Source: the human T2T-CHM13v2.0 reference genome, Homo sapiens. Taken from it: 64,000 nucleotides of DNA. The DNA is taken from the NCBI RefSeq assembly GCF_009914755.1, contig NC_060939.1; one strand, 5' to 3'. How positions within the stretch are numbered: position 1 is the stretch's first letter; every line of letters begins with the position of its first letter. This document shows positions 36,509 to 59,505 of this stretch, one piece after another. A model generated the notes under the pieces. It saw only the letters and a program-made list of their open reading frames with translations, had not been told where the DNA came from and searched no databases. The position numbers and the translations under genes are program-made.

Positions 36509-37438
36509 AGCAAAAAAACAAAATGAACCATGCAGCCTGAGTGGTAAATGGAAGAACAAGGGGCACGTCTACTTTGGTTCTTGTGGGCGTGTTTGGTTGC
36601 CTACATGCATTGGGCAAATCTGCAGCACCAGCTGCCAGCACTGCTCCTTCCTGCGGCTGGCTCTTACTCCACTCCAATTTTAGGCAGGTCACACTATCAG
36701 GGCAGCTCGCTGCTGTTGATGCTGCCTGCCCTGTGGGAGGGCAACAGAACCTTGGGATGTTTTTTAAGCGTGGTCTGAGCACACCCCTTATCAGAATTTG
36801 GCAACCTAGAATAAATGCAGGTTCCTGGATCCTGCCCCAGACCTAATCACATCCCCAAGGGTGAGTCTACAAGGCAATCTTCTACAACCACCATCTGGGT
36901 CCTAAAGCAGGCTTCCCCAGGAGCCTAAGTCCTAATTCTAAATCCATATAATCTAGTGATAACAATCCCTTGCCCATGTAACCCTCTCAAGTCTGAGATC
37001 CTTGATCTTTGCACAACCGAGTGCAGGAGGCAAGGTTTTGCGCAGGGCCCCCTTTCAGAAGACCGGTAAGGTGAGTTGCCCTCGGTGGAATGGGACTAGA
37101 CCTGGTGTCAACACACCGCGCGGTCTGGAGAGAGGTTCCCAGTCCCTGCCTGCCGGGTGGGAGCTGGGACCTAAGACCCAGGTGGCCATCTGTCGCGACC
37201 CCCAGCCTAGGGCAGGTCCAGAGTCCTTCCTCTGACCCTCTCCCTCGAGGCAGCGCGCTTCTTCGAGCGCAGCACTGGCTTGCCAGACGCAGCTCGAGTG
37301 TCGCATGGAGCTCGCCTGACCCCTGCCGGCTGCCCGCGGGGTTGGGTTGCAAACGCGCGGAGCCAGCCTATATGGCCTTTGCCTGGGGTTCAAGGCCCCC
37401 AGTTTGGGATTTCAGGACTCGACGACGTTTTGTTTTAG

Positions 37439-47645
<10,207 letters not shown>

Positions 47646-50600
47646 TGATGTCACTTTTCCAGTTACTAATCATCTGGCCCAGTCTTGCTTAGGTCATACA
47701 CTCTTTGATGTGCTCTTCAGTTTCTGAGGATCACGCCTCTGCTGGGTGGAGTAGCTTTCCTAGGTCAGAAGCAATGCTGTCTGCATGGCCTCCCAAGTCT
47801 TCTTGGTGCCTGCACAGTGCAGAGCACAGGTGGCACCATGGTTGGTTAACACCATACTTGTGGCCCAGACTGTAGTCCCCCCAGAGGGTGTCTGCTGGAA
47901 AGGGCTGGTCCTGGCTCTTGCTGTGGGTTCACTGAGGTTAAGTGAAGATGGCAAAAGAACCACAGGTGATTCTCTCCTCTGCTCTGGGTTTTGCAAGACT
48001 AGAGAGGTCAGTGGCTGTGGCTGAGAGCCTGTAGGAGATGGAACTACCTCACCTTGAGGAATGTGCTTAGGGATGCCACAGAGAATCTTTCCCGAAGAGG
48101 GAAATGGCTAGGGCCCTGGCCTTGGGAGGATGGAATGGAGAAGCCATGGGAAGAGGGGCTGGCCTCTCCTCCAAACCCAGCAAAGGGAGCCATCCTGCCT
48201 GACTGAAGCCAGAGTGGGGCCCACTGCTGGGTGGACAGAATACAGCCACAGGCACTACATTGTCAGAGCTCCAGATGGGAGACAAGGAGTACAAAACAGA
48301 GGTGGAAGACTGATTCCAGTATGGAAGCAGGGCAGGCTTCAGGCATGGCCAGATTTGGGCATGATGAAATAGATTCACAATTGCTAATGTTCTGGGGGCA
48401 CTTGTGGCTACATCAGGTACTATTCTAAGTACTTTATATGTTTTAAGACGCTGTAGCGCCAGGACTGTACTCAGAAAGTCTGCATTCTTAACCACTACGC
48501 TATGTGAAATGTAGAAAGAAGAAAGCTTTTAGACATATAAAGGGTTAGACCTCTATTTTATATGTTAAATGCCGTATGAAAAAAAAAGCAAAGGTTTTGG
48601 AGCCACTCCAAGCCTATGTGATCTTGGGCAGTTACTTAGATTCTCCAGGTCTCAGTTTCCTCATTTGTTTGTAAATTTGAGAGTACATTTACCTACCAGA
48701 GTTCTTGAGGGTTAAATAAAGAAACGTATGTTGAGTGCCTGTTCATGCCTTCTGTAAGAGACACCTGCCCCCTCTGGACCTCCTGCCGGCTTTGGAGGCT
48801 CTCAATACACTGCCCATTCCAGATCTGGATTTCTTCATCTTCCCAGGGGTCTGTACGTCTGGAATAAAGGAACCAACATAGTGGATGCACCCCTGGTCTT
48901 CCAGTCCACAGCACTGGGAGTTCCTCAGGGGAGAAGTCATACTCCAAGTTGATATCTGAGCGGACAAGTGTTCTGGTAACAGTAAAGGAGGTGACCCTGG
49001 AAGCTGAGGTCCCAAGCAACCCAAACCTAGATCATCACAGAAATGTCATGTTTCTTGGAATAATTCTCCCCTCTCTGTGTATTTATCCATTCAGTTTCTA
49101 TTTACCAATTGTTTACTATTCAGTTCACCAAGCATTATTAGGCAACTACTATTTGCCAGGTATCATGCCATGTTCTCAGGAGTCACCTAGAAGAGCCCAC
49201 AAACTCTGGACCATGTTTAATTTCCCTTTTCGTCTCCAGCCTGGGTCCATGGATCTTGGAGTGTGTTCAGTAAACATCTGCTCCTGGGGCAATAATGAAG
49301 GTACTATTAGAGATTGGCATGAGAATGCAACAGGGCTCTCTGAGTAGGTTCCAGTGAACTAGACACTGCAAAGGGCTGCACCACGATACCCATCCATGTC
49401 TCTGTGGCCACAGTGCAGGGCAAGGATCACACACCTGAAAACCTTCAGGGTTCAGGTCCCGTAAATGCCCCACATGGGCAAGGTGGGAGTATGGTAAACT
49501 GGAGCATGCCTACCCCATACAGACTGCATTTGCTACTTAGTACCAACCTACTGTTGCAAGTGAAAATGTGCGCCAGGGGTAGCAAATCTTCTGATTTTTT
49601 TCAAGAGAAACTGTAAACCTGGATTTTTATTTTGAATCTCCAAAAATTTCAGCATTGGCCCCTAATTTTAATCTTTTTTGAAAGCCCCATAGACAGTTAA
49701 ATGGAACTTGTCTGCCTGCTTACTTTTGCTCAAAGGCTATTAGTTTGGGAGCCCTAAGTGTGCCTGTGAAAGGGGAGAGGTAGAGGGCTGTATGTCCTGG
49801 GGCCAGGTTATGAGAGACCTAGAATGCCATCCTTCCTTGGGGCCAGGACTGTGCTAGACACACAGGAAGCCATAAAGAGGATGTTAAAGCCATAGGCCTG
49901 CCCTCCAGGGGTTTATAATCTTATAAATAAAGACTTACGGGCAAAGCAGCAGATGGTCAGGAATGTGTGAGGAGGAGACAACTTGGAGTGCATAGAGTTC
50001 AGGGCAGCAGGGAGCAAGGTGGAATTGAGCTTCAGGAGAGTTTCACCTGAGCTTCGGGAGACCTTTCCAGGAAGTCAGGCTTGGACTGTGAGTATGAGGA
50101 TTCTGGAGGACTCTGGGAGATCCATAAACAAATATGAATGGGCACGACCTATGCTGGAGACCCCAAAGAAAAGCCCCAGGGAATCTGCTTCCCGGTGTCA
50201 TGGGAAGAGGCTCACAGGAAAGGGCAGGGCTATAGCATGAGGCTTCACTGACACCCTCACACCCCTTACTATTGAACCTGGCCATCCCTGGCCTCAGAAG
50301 TCCAGTGGGGTCAGCCTCTCCAAGCTTGCAGAAGTCAGTGTTGGGGGCTTGGGCAAGTGGTACAATTCCGGCTAGGGTATAAGCCCTGCCTGTGTGGCTC
50401 AGGCCAGGCATTAATGGCCCTAAGCCTCAATTTCCTAATTTGTGAAATGGCGATAGTAATTGCATATACCTACTGAGATTGGGGCGAGAATGAGAAACCA
50501 ATATAGGATGTCGTTTGCCCCTGTTCCTATATGGTTTTTATGAGAAATGTGCACCACCTGGGGTGGGGGAAAAAGCACCTGGAGGGTGAAGCGAAGCTCG

Positions 50601-50780
50601 TCCCCATGTTTGTCTTTCTTGTTGCTGCTCCGGAAATGACACGGATTCTGGGAGGGCTGCCTATCTTAGCGAGTGAGGGAGGAGTGGAGCATGGGGGTCT
50701 CTCCATTTCTTCCCCGGGGAAAGAGATGGTAGAGCTCCTGGTTGGCAGGCAGGAGCCGCTGGGGTTGTGGACAGCGCTAA

Positions 50781-51116
<336 letters not shown>

Positions 51117-51399
51117 TGAAACTGGTACTCGGCGCTTGGGGTGTCCTCATCTTTCCCCTACCTATGGCAGCCTGCCCGAAGAGTGCCTGCTCCTTCAGGC
51201 TCCGCTCTCGGCTTAGCCCCTTTTTGGAACGTCCCCGCACCTCACCCCAGCCCCTTGCCAGGGGCAGACCCTGGCAGCCTTCCCTCGTCCTCAGCAGCCA
51301 TTACGTGTTGCTGTCATAAAGTTATCACTCTGTTTTCTGTCTACTTGTCTCTCTAGCCCCAGCCCATCCCAGCCTCCGACTGCAGGCTCCTGGAGAGCA

Positions 51400-51900
51400 G
51401 GAAAGCCTGGCTCCCCGTGGTAACCCTAAGGCAGGCCCTCTGCCTGGGGCGTCCTGGCACCCTACGCGGGCCGGAGAGCCGGGCGGGGGCGCGACGAGGG
51501 GGCGCCCAGGCCGCGGGCTCGGAGCCGGGGTTGGGGGTGGGCGAGGGGAGTCCTTCGCCCTTGCGGCGGGCTCCTGCCCAAGCCAGCCCACCCGGCCCAG
51601 CTCCCGCTCCGGAGCCGTGCCCACCGGGCCAGGTGATCTCGAACCTTCTCTCTCTCACACCCCAACAACAAACAACCCTCCACGCTCTCCCTCTGGAGAA
51701 AGGAGGTGGAGCCTGACCTCAGCCGGAGGCTGCCGCAGCTGCCGGGGGGAGGGCTTGGAGCTCCAGCCCTTGGGGGAGTCTTTCCTCTAGGGAGTGGTAG
51801 GGGTGGGGGCCTTGGAGGGCTCCTGAGCGCCGGGGAACCTCTCCCCCCGGCAGCGTCGACCCTCCCCCAGCGAAGGGAGGAGGGGCAGAGGGGGGTGGCC
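51400..51900. promoter_or_regulatory. Small CpG island / GC-rich candidate regulatory element
   Basis: High CpG density, GGGCGG box, G4-forming tract at 51527-51548. Confidence 0.55.
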
Positions 51901-54900
51901 TCAGTGAGTGCCCACTTCCGACTCTGTCCCTCTCTCAGGCTGCAGTACCCTCGGACACCTCCTCCCCCACTTACACCCACCCCCTCCTTGAACTCTGCAG
52001 TCCCAGAGGCAGGGTGAGACTGGGGACCAAGTGAGCCCAAGGGCTAAGATGCGACTCTGCTGGGCTCCCGGGAGCCTGGGGGGTGCCCATCCCCCACCAC
52101 TTGACGGTAGTCGGGGGTGTGGGCGGGGTGAGAAGGACCCCGGGGACACTCCGATTAGGTCTGGAGACAGCCTGAAATAGGGTGTAGCCCGCAGTTGTTG
52201 GGGCTGCGGAGGAGGCGACTGGGGTGAGGGGCAGAGAATGCACCCCAAGAGAAAGGCATAGGGCCCCAAAGAGGGTAGGAGACGGGATTCAGAGAGCGGG
52301 AAGGAGAATGCAGAAACAGCTTTTACGGGGAGAGGCAGACTGCAAAGACGTCCCCTGGCCGGCAATCTGGAGGCTAGCGCTGGGCAGATGGGGGTTTTGG
52401 ACACAGCGCCATGGACATGTGTTCCCCAAAGTCTGAGCGCATGCAGCCCCCTTGTTCCTTCTTGTGCGGAGACTGAGTCCCACACAGTCCCTACCTCACC
52501 GGGACCTCCCCACCCCCAAGGCCGGGGCCGTAGTTGCCTTCAGGGGAGGGAGAGGTCCTGTTCCTCACTGGGCGCTCAACAGCTGGCTCCTTGGTGGTAG
52601 GAGGGTACCTTGCCCCTCCAGCTCAAGAGTCAGGAGGAGCACTTCTACCTCCTCATCCCTAGGGAAGAGGGCCCCCGCAGGTAAAGACCAGACTTCTGCA
52701 CTAGGATTTGCCTGGGGGGCAAATAATTTCTGGAGATCCCTTTAAGGAGGGGTGTTCCAATCCCTTTAAGAGGGAGTGGGTCACAGCAAAAGGACTATAA
52801 AAGTCCAGCTTTCTTTATTCCCCCACCCCCCAGGGGCTTCCTATGATGGGGGAGGGGGCAAGTGCTGCTGCCGCATTTAATTGTTGCCTTGGTGTCCCTC
52901 CCCCAAAGAGCTGTGCCCTTCAGTTCGTCCAGTGGGGCTGAGGAGCCGGGTGGCTCAGTAAGTATTGTGGGGACCTAGACTTCAGGTGCTCTGGGGGTTG
53001 GGACAGGGGCTGCCCCACTTCCAGGAAAGAAGGTGGGACCTGGGCAGGGGCTGGAGGGAGGAGAAAGTGGTCACTGCCACCACTGCAGGGACTGCACTGC
53101 CGTTGGGGTGCCCTGCCTGGTGCCAGGTGGTTGGATCTCAGGCCAGGCAGTCTTCGGGGACTGCAGCGGGCAGTGGCGGGGAGGTGCTGGGGCTGGGCTG
53201 GAGATGACCGAGCAGCCAGTCTGTCCCGGCTGTCAGTCTGGTTGTGTGTGGTGGGGGAAGGGTGCGCCGCGTGGTCTCTCTGGCCCTGGATGTTTTACTC
53301 TAGGGCATCTCCCTCTGAGGCAGTTAACCCTTCCCGATGGGTCTGGAGGTGTCTGGGGAGAGAGAGCCCCTGCCTGGCAGCAGCCCGGGAAAGACTCCGG
53401 AGACCCGATGGACCCATTCCTCTTTCTACACCAAGTGCCAAACCCTTTTTTCAGTGGGAGACCTCTGGGCTGCCAAACATACCAGGGAGAGGAAAGGTGA
53501 TGGGCCCCAGGCGTTGGCACAGCTGCCCAGTGAAGTGGGGTGGAGGCAGCATTCACTCAGGAAAGGTTTACAGGACCGAAGGAAGGAGGAAGAGGTGGAG
53601 CCCTTTCCAGCTGTGGAAGGGCTTTGGACTGGGAAAGAAGGAGGCCCAGTTGCAGAGGTCCCTGAAAGTTGGGTGAAGGAGGCTAGGAGAGGCCAAAAGT
53701 TCCCTTTGGGGGACAGGCAGGGTGTAGCCCCTGCCTATTCTTTGCTGGCTTGTTTTAACAAGCAATAGGGAGGAAGGGGGGACAGAGGTGGCTCAGTGAG
53801 CTGGCACAGGAGGAACACTTAGTGCCTTTAGCCAGCCCGTGTCCCCGCACCATAGCCCACTCAGTCAGAGCCTCCTGGGGCAGCGGACACCGCCACCCAC
53901 ACTGGAGGCTCTGAGGGGAGAACTCCTCCAGCGGCCAGGCAGGCACTTGGTGGGCTGTCATGACTACTCTGCCTCCTCTCCGGTTGGTATTCCTTCCTTT
54001 CCCTCCCACTGAGACCCCAGATAAGACAACACTCCCCTGCTCACCCCAGGGCCCTCTAATGCCAACACCAGGAAGACACCCAATCCTGCCACCTCGTCCT
54101 GCTGCCATTTCCTCGGCTGAACGTGGGCTTCCTGCCACTTAGGTCTCCTTCCCTGCCACCAGGTACATTCCTCTTCTGGCCCTCCCGGCCTCCATCCCTG
54201 CCCATTATCAGGCCTGAAGTGGCTGCCAAGGTCAGCGCCGCCTGGGCTGCAGACAGGAGCCCGGCCTCTCTTCTGTCTTGGCCTGTAGCATGGCTCTGCC
54301 CCCGTGGCCACCACTGCTGTACCCTCCACCACCAATCTCTGACGAGTGGGGGCCACCGTGGGGTTAATTTGCCTATGGGCCAGACTGGGACAGGGAGAGG
54401 GGGAATTCTGTGAGGTGGGGAGTAGGGCTGGCCTGGTGTGTGTTGGGGGGGCGCTGCCGGGAACCTCTGTCCTGTCCAGGAAGGGGAGAAATCTTTCAGC
54501 GTCCTACTTTTACAGCTTTGGGGTTTTGCTTTCCCCAAGGGTGGGAGGTGGGAGAAGTGGCAGTGGGAGAACCTGGACCTTCGAGACATTTCCGTGCCAC
54601 AGTTTTAGCTTTTAGCTTCCATTCACACACTTTCCCTGCTGAGGGGGCCCCTCCTTTAAGTGTGTCCCCCCAAACAGCTAAGACAGTCTGGGCCCCCTGG
54701 ACAGCTCTGGAGGCAGATGGGGAACTGCTTCTGGGGGAGGTTGTTTCCCAGCCATATTGGCTAGCAGCCCTGATTGTCTTAAAAGGCTGCCTGGGTGAGC
54801 GCTGGAGTCCCAAGGTCTAGGAAAGGCTGGGCGCTGTGTGTGGTGCAGGAGGAGCCCCTCCGAAGCCCCTGGGCCACACTCCAAGGCTGGGTTTTCCTTG

Positions 54901-55829
54901 CTTGCCTGGGCAGCCTCAGCACTCTGGGTGCCTCTCTCTGCCCAAGGCGTTCCTGGGGCCCAGCCCCTCCCTGGGCTGCTCCAGCGCTCTGGTGACTTGA
55001 CACTACCCTTTCTGCCGCTGCTCCTTTTACCTCCTAAAGCTCCCCTCCCCCGCCTGAATTGGGAATGAGGCTTTGTTCAGGGGTGAACTCAGCATTTCTC
55101 GAGAACCTACTGTGTGCATATCCCGGGCTTAGTGAAGTCCTAGGCGGGCTCTGGCACCACCAGGTGCCCAAGACACAGCTCCTTCCCGCACCTAACAGGG
55201 ACTTCCCATCTCTCTCTGTGCCCTTAGCCTGCTGTGCCCACCCACCCCACTGACCCCGCGAGCGTGCTCGGGCTTGGGAGGGCACGTCTGTGGGGGTGAG
55301 AGACGGAGCCACAGCATTTGGTGACTAGGGGGAAGCCAGGTAAGTGTCTACACTTGGTTCTCCCGTAGCTTGGGGACGCGAGGGAGGGAGTCCAGCCGCT
55401 CCTGTCAGGCTGCCCGCCCCTTTCTCCCTCCCCCGGAGAGCTCTGATGTTCCCCGCGGTGGTGGAAGAGGGTGTGTGGGTGTCAAGGACTCACAGACCAG
55501 GCTCTGCTGTCAGCTGGAAATGGATGAGGGCTCCACACTCTGCTTCTGAAGAGGGTGAATTAGGAGCTGGGGTTGGGGGCGGTAGGTGAAGGGCAGAAAG
55601 AGGAAAAAGAGATGCGGGTGAGGGGTTACCGAGCCAGGACCGACCTTGCTGGAAAGGAAAGGAGACGTGGCAGGCAGGGAAGTCGGAAAGATGAGGCAAG
55701 GGCGGGAGGGGCTTCTCAGCAGTCGGGGCCCTTTTGCAGGAGTCTGGGGCCCTTTCTGCAGGAAAGGGGGGTTGTTCTCGCTTGATTTTCGGCTGGTCTT
55801 CCTGAAGCTTTGCCCTGGGGGCAGCAGCC

Positions 55830-57850
55830 TCCGGCGAGGATGGGGTGTTCCTCGGCCCGCAGTTTTCTCCAGCGCGTGCTGGGGAGGATTTGGGGGAAAG
55901 GGGATGCGGAGGGGTGATGGCCAGGGCGGGGGGAGATAAGATTTTTCCGGGGGGGCTAGCAGCTGGGAGATTGGGGTCGAGTCACCGTGGGATACGGGCT
56001 CAGGTTCTGAAGACGAAGAGAAAAATCCAAGAAGCCGGCAAAGAAAATCACCCCTTGCCACCACCCTTGGCACGGCACCCCTCCCCCAAGGCCCCACCAC
56101 TCCCCGCACCGCCTCCCCCGGCCGCCTCGTGCTGCCCCCTGCGTTGGGACGACCGACCCACGGTTCTGATTGGTCAGAGACCGGGAGGGGGAGCCGAGGG
56201 CCGGATTGGCTGGCGGAGCCAGCGCAGGGCGGGGCGGCTGATTGGCGGAGCTGGCCGAGGGGCGCGCTGCTGATTGGCTGGGGACGAGGAAGCAGGAAGG
56301 AGGGCGGCGGAGGCTCCGCTCTCGGGGAGTTTGTGGGGGAACCGCGAGCGGCGTAGCGGATCCCGGAGCCCGGCCCCCGCCGCCCGCCCGTCCGGCTGCC
56401 TGCCCCGCCCGTCCGGCCCCCGCCGTCCGCCCGCCCCGGCCAGGCGCGCCCGCCCCCCCCGACGGCCCCGCCCGGCCGCGGTCCCCGCTCCGCCCGCCCG
56501 GCCCCGGCCCCCAGGAGGAGGCGCTGACGCAGCAGCGTGGAGCCCGGGAATTGAGCGCCCCCGGGGGGTTCCAGCCGCCGGATTCCAGCCCGGCCGGGGC
56601 CTGCGGGCGCCCAGAGCCGCGCCGTCCGCGCCGCCCGTTCTGGTGAGTCAGGGGCCGGGGTCGAGGAGGGGGAAGGGGCGAGCTGGAGGGAGGGAGCGAG
56701 CGAGGTAGGCAGAAGAGCGAAGGGGGAGAGCACCGGCCGCCCGTCAGCGCGCCCCACCGAGCGCGCCGCGCCACCGCCCCCGCCAGCCCGGGAAGGGACG
56801 GACGGACGGACGACGCGAAGCAGGTGCGGCCGCCCGCCCGCTCGCGCCACCTCCCTCCCCTGGGTCCGGCACCACGGTCCCGCCATCGGGGAACGCGGCG
56901 CGCCTCGAGGTGACAGCCCCCGGGGGCCGCCCGCCTTGCAGGCCGGGGGCGGGGTGGGTGGCGGCCGCAGGGTGGCAGCTCGGCCGGGCGGCGGCGGCGC
57001 GGGCGTCCCGAGCTGCGGAGGGCGGGAGGACGCCGGTCTTTCCTCGCCGCGGCGGAGCCGGCTCGCCTCCGAGTGCGCGGGCGGCGAGGCCCCCGCCGCG
57101 CCCCCTCCCCCATCGCGGTCCCCGAGGCAAGGGGCCGCGGCCGGGGGCGGCGCCGCGGGATCGCCCGCTCAGGGTGGGGGGCGCCCTCCCGCGCTGGGAG
57201 CTGACCGGTTATTGCTGGATGGGGGGCAGGGGATGAGGGCCGCGCCGGGCCGGGGGCGGCAGGGGGGAGTAGTGTAGACCCGACTCGATCGGGCTGAGAG
57301 GAAGGGAGGCGCCGAAGACGGAAGGGGACCGGTTCGAAAAGCGAGTGTGGGCCGCGGGAGGCCCTGCGGGGACCTTGCGGGGCGGCGGCCGAGTCCGAGG
57401 TGTGGCGGGGGGAATCGAAGTTGTCAGACCGCCTCCAAGTGACAGCGGGACCCTGTGCTCGCGGCCCGGCCTGGTCTTGCCCTGCTCGCTCCGCCGCCTC
57501 TCTTCTGGGGCTGGGGGCCGGGTCAGGTCGGGCCCGAGGGGCTCGCTTGGCGGTGAAGCGCCGGACAAAGGCGGCGCCGGAGCGGGCGCAGGTGGTGGCG
57601 TCGGGGAGGGGAGCGGGTCCGAGGCACCCACTCCGAGGGGCGGGCGACGGGGCCGGACTCTGCCCCGGGGACTGCGGGGGCCGGGGCGCCCGCCGGGAGG
57701 AGCTGCGGCACTGGCTTGCCGCTCTAGCCGCTCGCTGTTGGCCTCGAGGCTCTGGGAAGTGGGGTCTACTTGCCGGGGGCCGAGGGGCCGGGGTGGGGGT
57801 GTATGCTCATGATGTGCCTTGGCTGGTGGCGACGGGGTTGCTACTCACCG
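55830..57850 (+). promoter_or_regulatory. BAHD1: Large CpG-island promoter (assigned to BAHD1) with four inverted CCAAT boxes and GC boxes
   Basis: Extreme CpG/GC density; ATTGG at 56169, 56205, 56241 and 56273. Gene identity rests on the known order KNSTRN-IVD-BAHD1; no BAHD1 coding sequence was identified in the window. Confidence 0.75.
56300..56642 (+). other. BAHD1: Non-coding first exon, probably BAHD1 (5' boundary approximate)
   Basis: Strong donor CTG|gtgagt at 56642/56643 downstream of the CCAAT array; no ATG in the exon. Confidence 0.6.
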
Positions 57851-59483
57851 AGGCGACAGACCCAGTGAGCCGCTGTAGAGCCTGTCAAGAATGAGGGGTT
57901 TTTCAACAAGCAGAGTCTGCCTACAGGCAGAAGTCTAACCCCACCTGGGACATCTCCTAGTCGCCCATTGTCGACAGTGTTAGAAGTGCAGAAGACTAGT
58001 TTGATTAGGACAAGAGACACCCCACCCCGTGGGCTCCCGCCAGCCCTCCGCAGCTGCCTCCAGCACTTTTCCTTAGCCACAAAGGTACCCACTTAGAAAA
58101 ATGAGAAGCTGAGTTTATAAATCCAGGCAGGAATTTAATAATGAAATAAAAAGCTTTCCAGTCCTTTTACTTTGTGCCACCTGAGACTTTCCTCCCTACT
58201 CTCTTCACCTCGCTGTCTTCCACAAAAAAAAAGAAAAAGGGCCCAGAGGGACCACATGTCTTGGAGGGGCACCACTGTCCTTGGCCAGCTTGGAGGATGC
58301 TTAGGAACCACTGGCTTAAGCTGTGAGTGCCTCCATCTCCCCCGGTGACCAGCTGTGAGCTGGATGTTGTTTACCTGCTTGGAAAAACTCATTCAGAGCT
58401 CCCATGCCCTCCATGTGAACCCCACACCCAAAAGAAGAGTTGGGATCATAAGGACAGGGAAACTCAGGCTGTTTCAGAATGTGGATTTTGCTGAGAATCT
58501 GAGTTCGAGTCCCACCTCAGGTAGGGCTGGTTAGAAGCCGCTCTCAACTGTGGTTGGCTGTAATCCCACCTGGGAAAGCTGCTTGTCTGCCACTTCAGAG
58601 GGTAGCATGGGCATGGGAGTTTATTCATGGCCACCCCCCATGGACCTCCCTGGAATGATCTAGACCCCAGCCTGGATGGAGCTGAGGCTTGTGAGAAAGG
58701 TAGGTATTACCTCACTCAGGAGGCTAAAGTTTGTTCTGAGATAATTTAATTGCATGTCTAAAATCCAGAGAGTGATGATGAATCTCAAGGCCTTTGTGCC
58801 TTCTGTGAGGCTACACGGCATGTGATTTCTTTTGGTGGCAGTCAGAAGGGGATGACGTGGTCTGGCCACTGGAATATGAAGGGGAGTTGCCCAAATAGCA
58901 TTTCCCTCTTTGGTAGGGCTCTTACCTGGCAGGAGACTCATGCCAGTCGGATCTGGTGTTAAGGAGGGTTTGCTCCGGAGAGTTTAGCCAGTGATTAGGT
59001 TCTTTTTGATATCTCCCTCTCTTTCTTCCTTTCTGTTGTCCTGCTGTCCCCGTGTCAGGCCTGTGTTGTTGTTATAGCCTCCCTTTCCCTCCTGCTTCCT
59101 TTGGCCCTTCTGATCCAGTCTGTATGCAGCTACCAGGTCATTCTTCCTAAAACACCCCTTCCCGGTGTCACTCCCTTTCTCACAGACTTGCAATGGCTCC
59201 CCGTTCCCTGCAGTCTGACCCTAGACAGTGTCCCCTCCAGCTCTTCCCTAGCCATACCATGCACATTTTTTCTTCCTGCATCTTCACTGCTGCCGCTCCC
59301 CTTCCTTTACTCCCACTTGAATCCCACTTGTCCTTAGTCTGGTTGTTGCTCAGACCACTCCAGGCCAACATAGTCATCCCCGCCTGAGCTCATGACTCTG
59401 GATTTTCTAACGTGGTATCCTCTTGAGTGGTTTTGTAGGTTGGAAATTTCTTAAGGACAGGAACAATATGAGTGTTAAACCTC

Positions 59484-59505
59484 TGTGTGTGTGTGTGTGT
59501 GTGTG
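59484..59505 (+). repeat. (TG)n microsatellite
   Basis: Uninterrupted TG run of about 11 units. Confidence 0.9.

Noticed and set aside
37367-37375. CArG-like CCTATATGG
   Set aside because: It has only five A/T bases between CC and GG, so it is not a canonical SRF site.
55510-57113. 458-aa and 385-aa minus-strand ORFs
   Set aside because: Low-complexity G/P/R/A translations expected from stop-poor CpG-island DNA. Several frames are open at once and no domain is recognisable.
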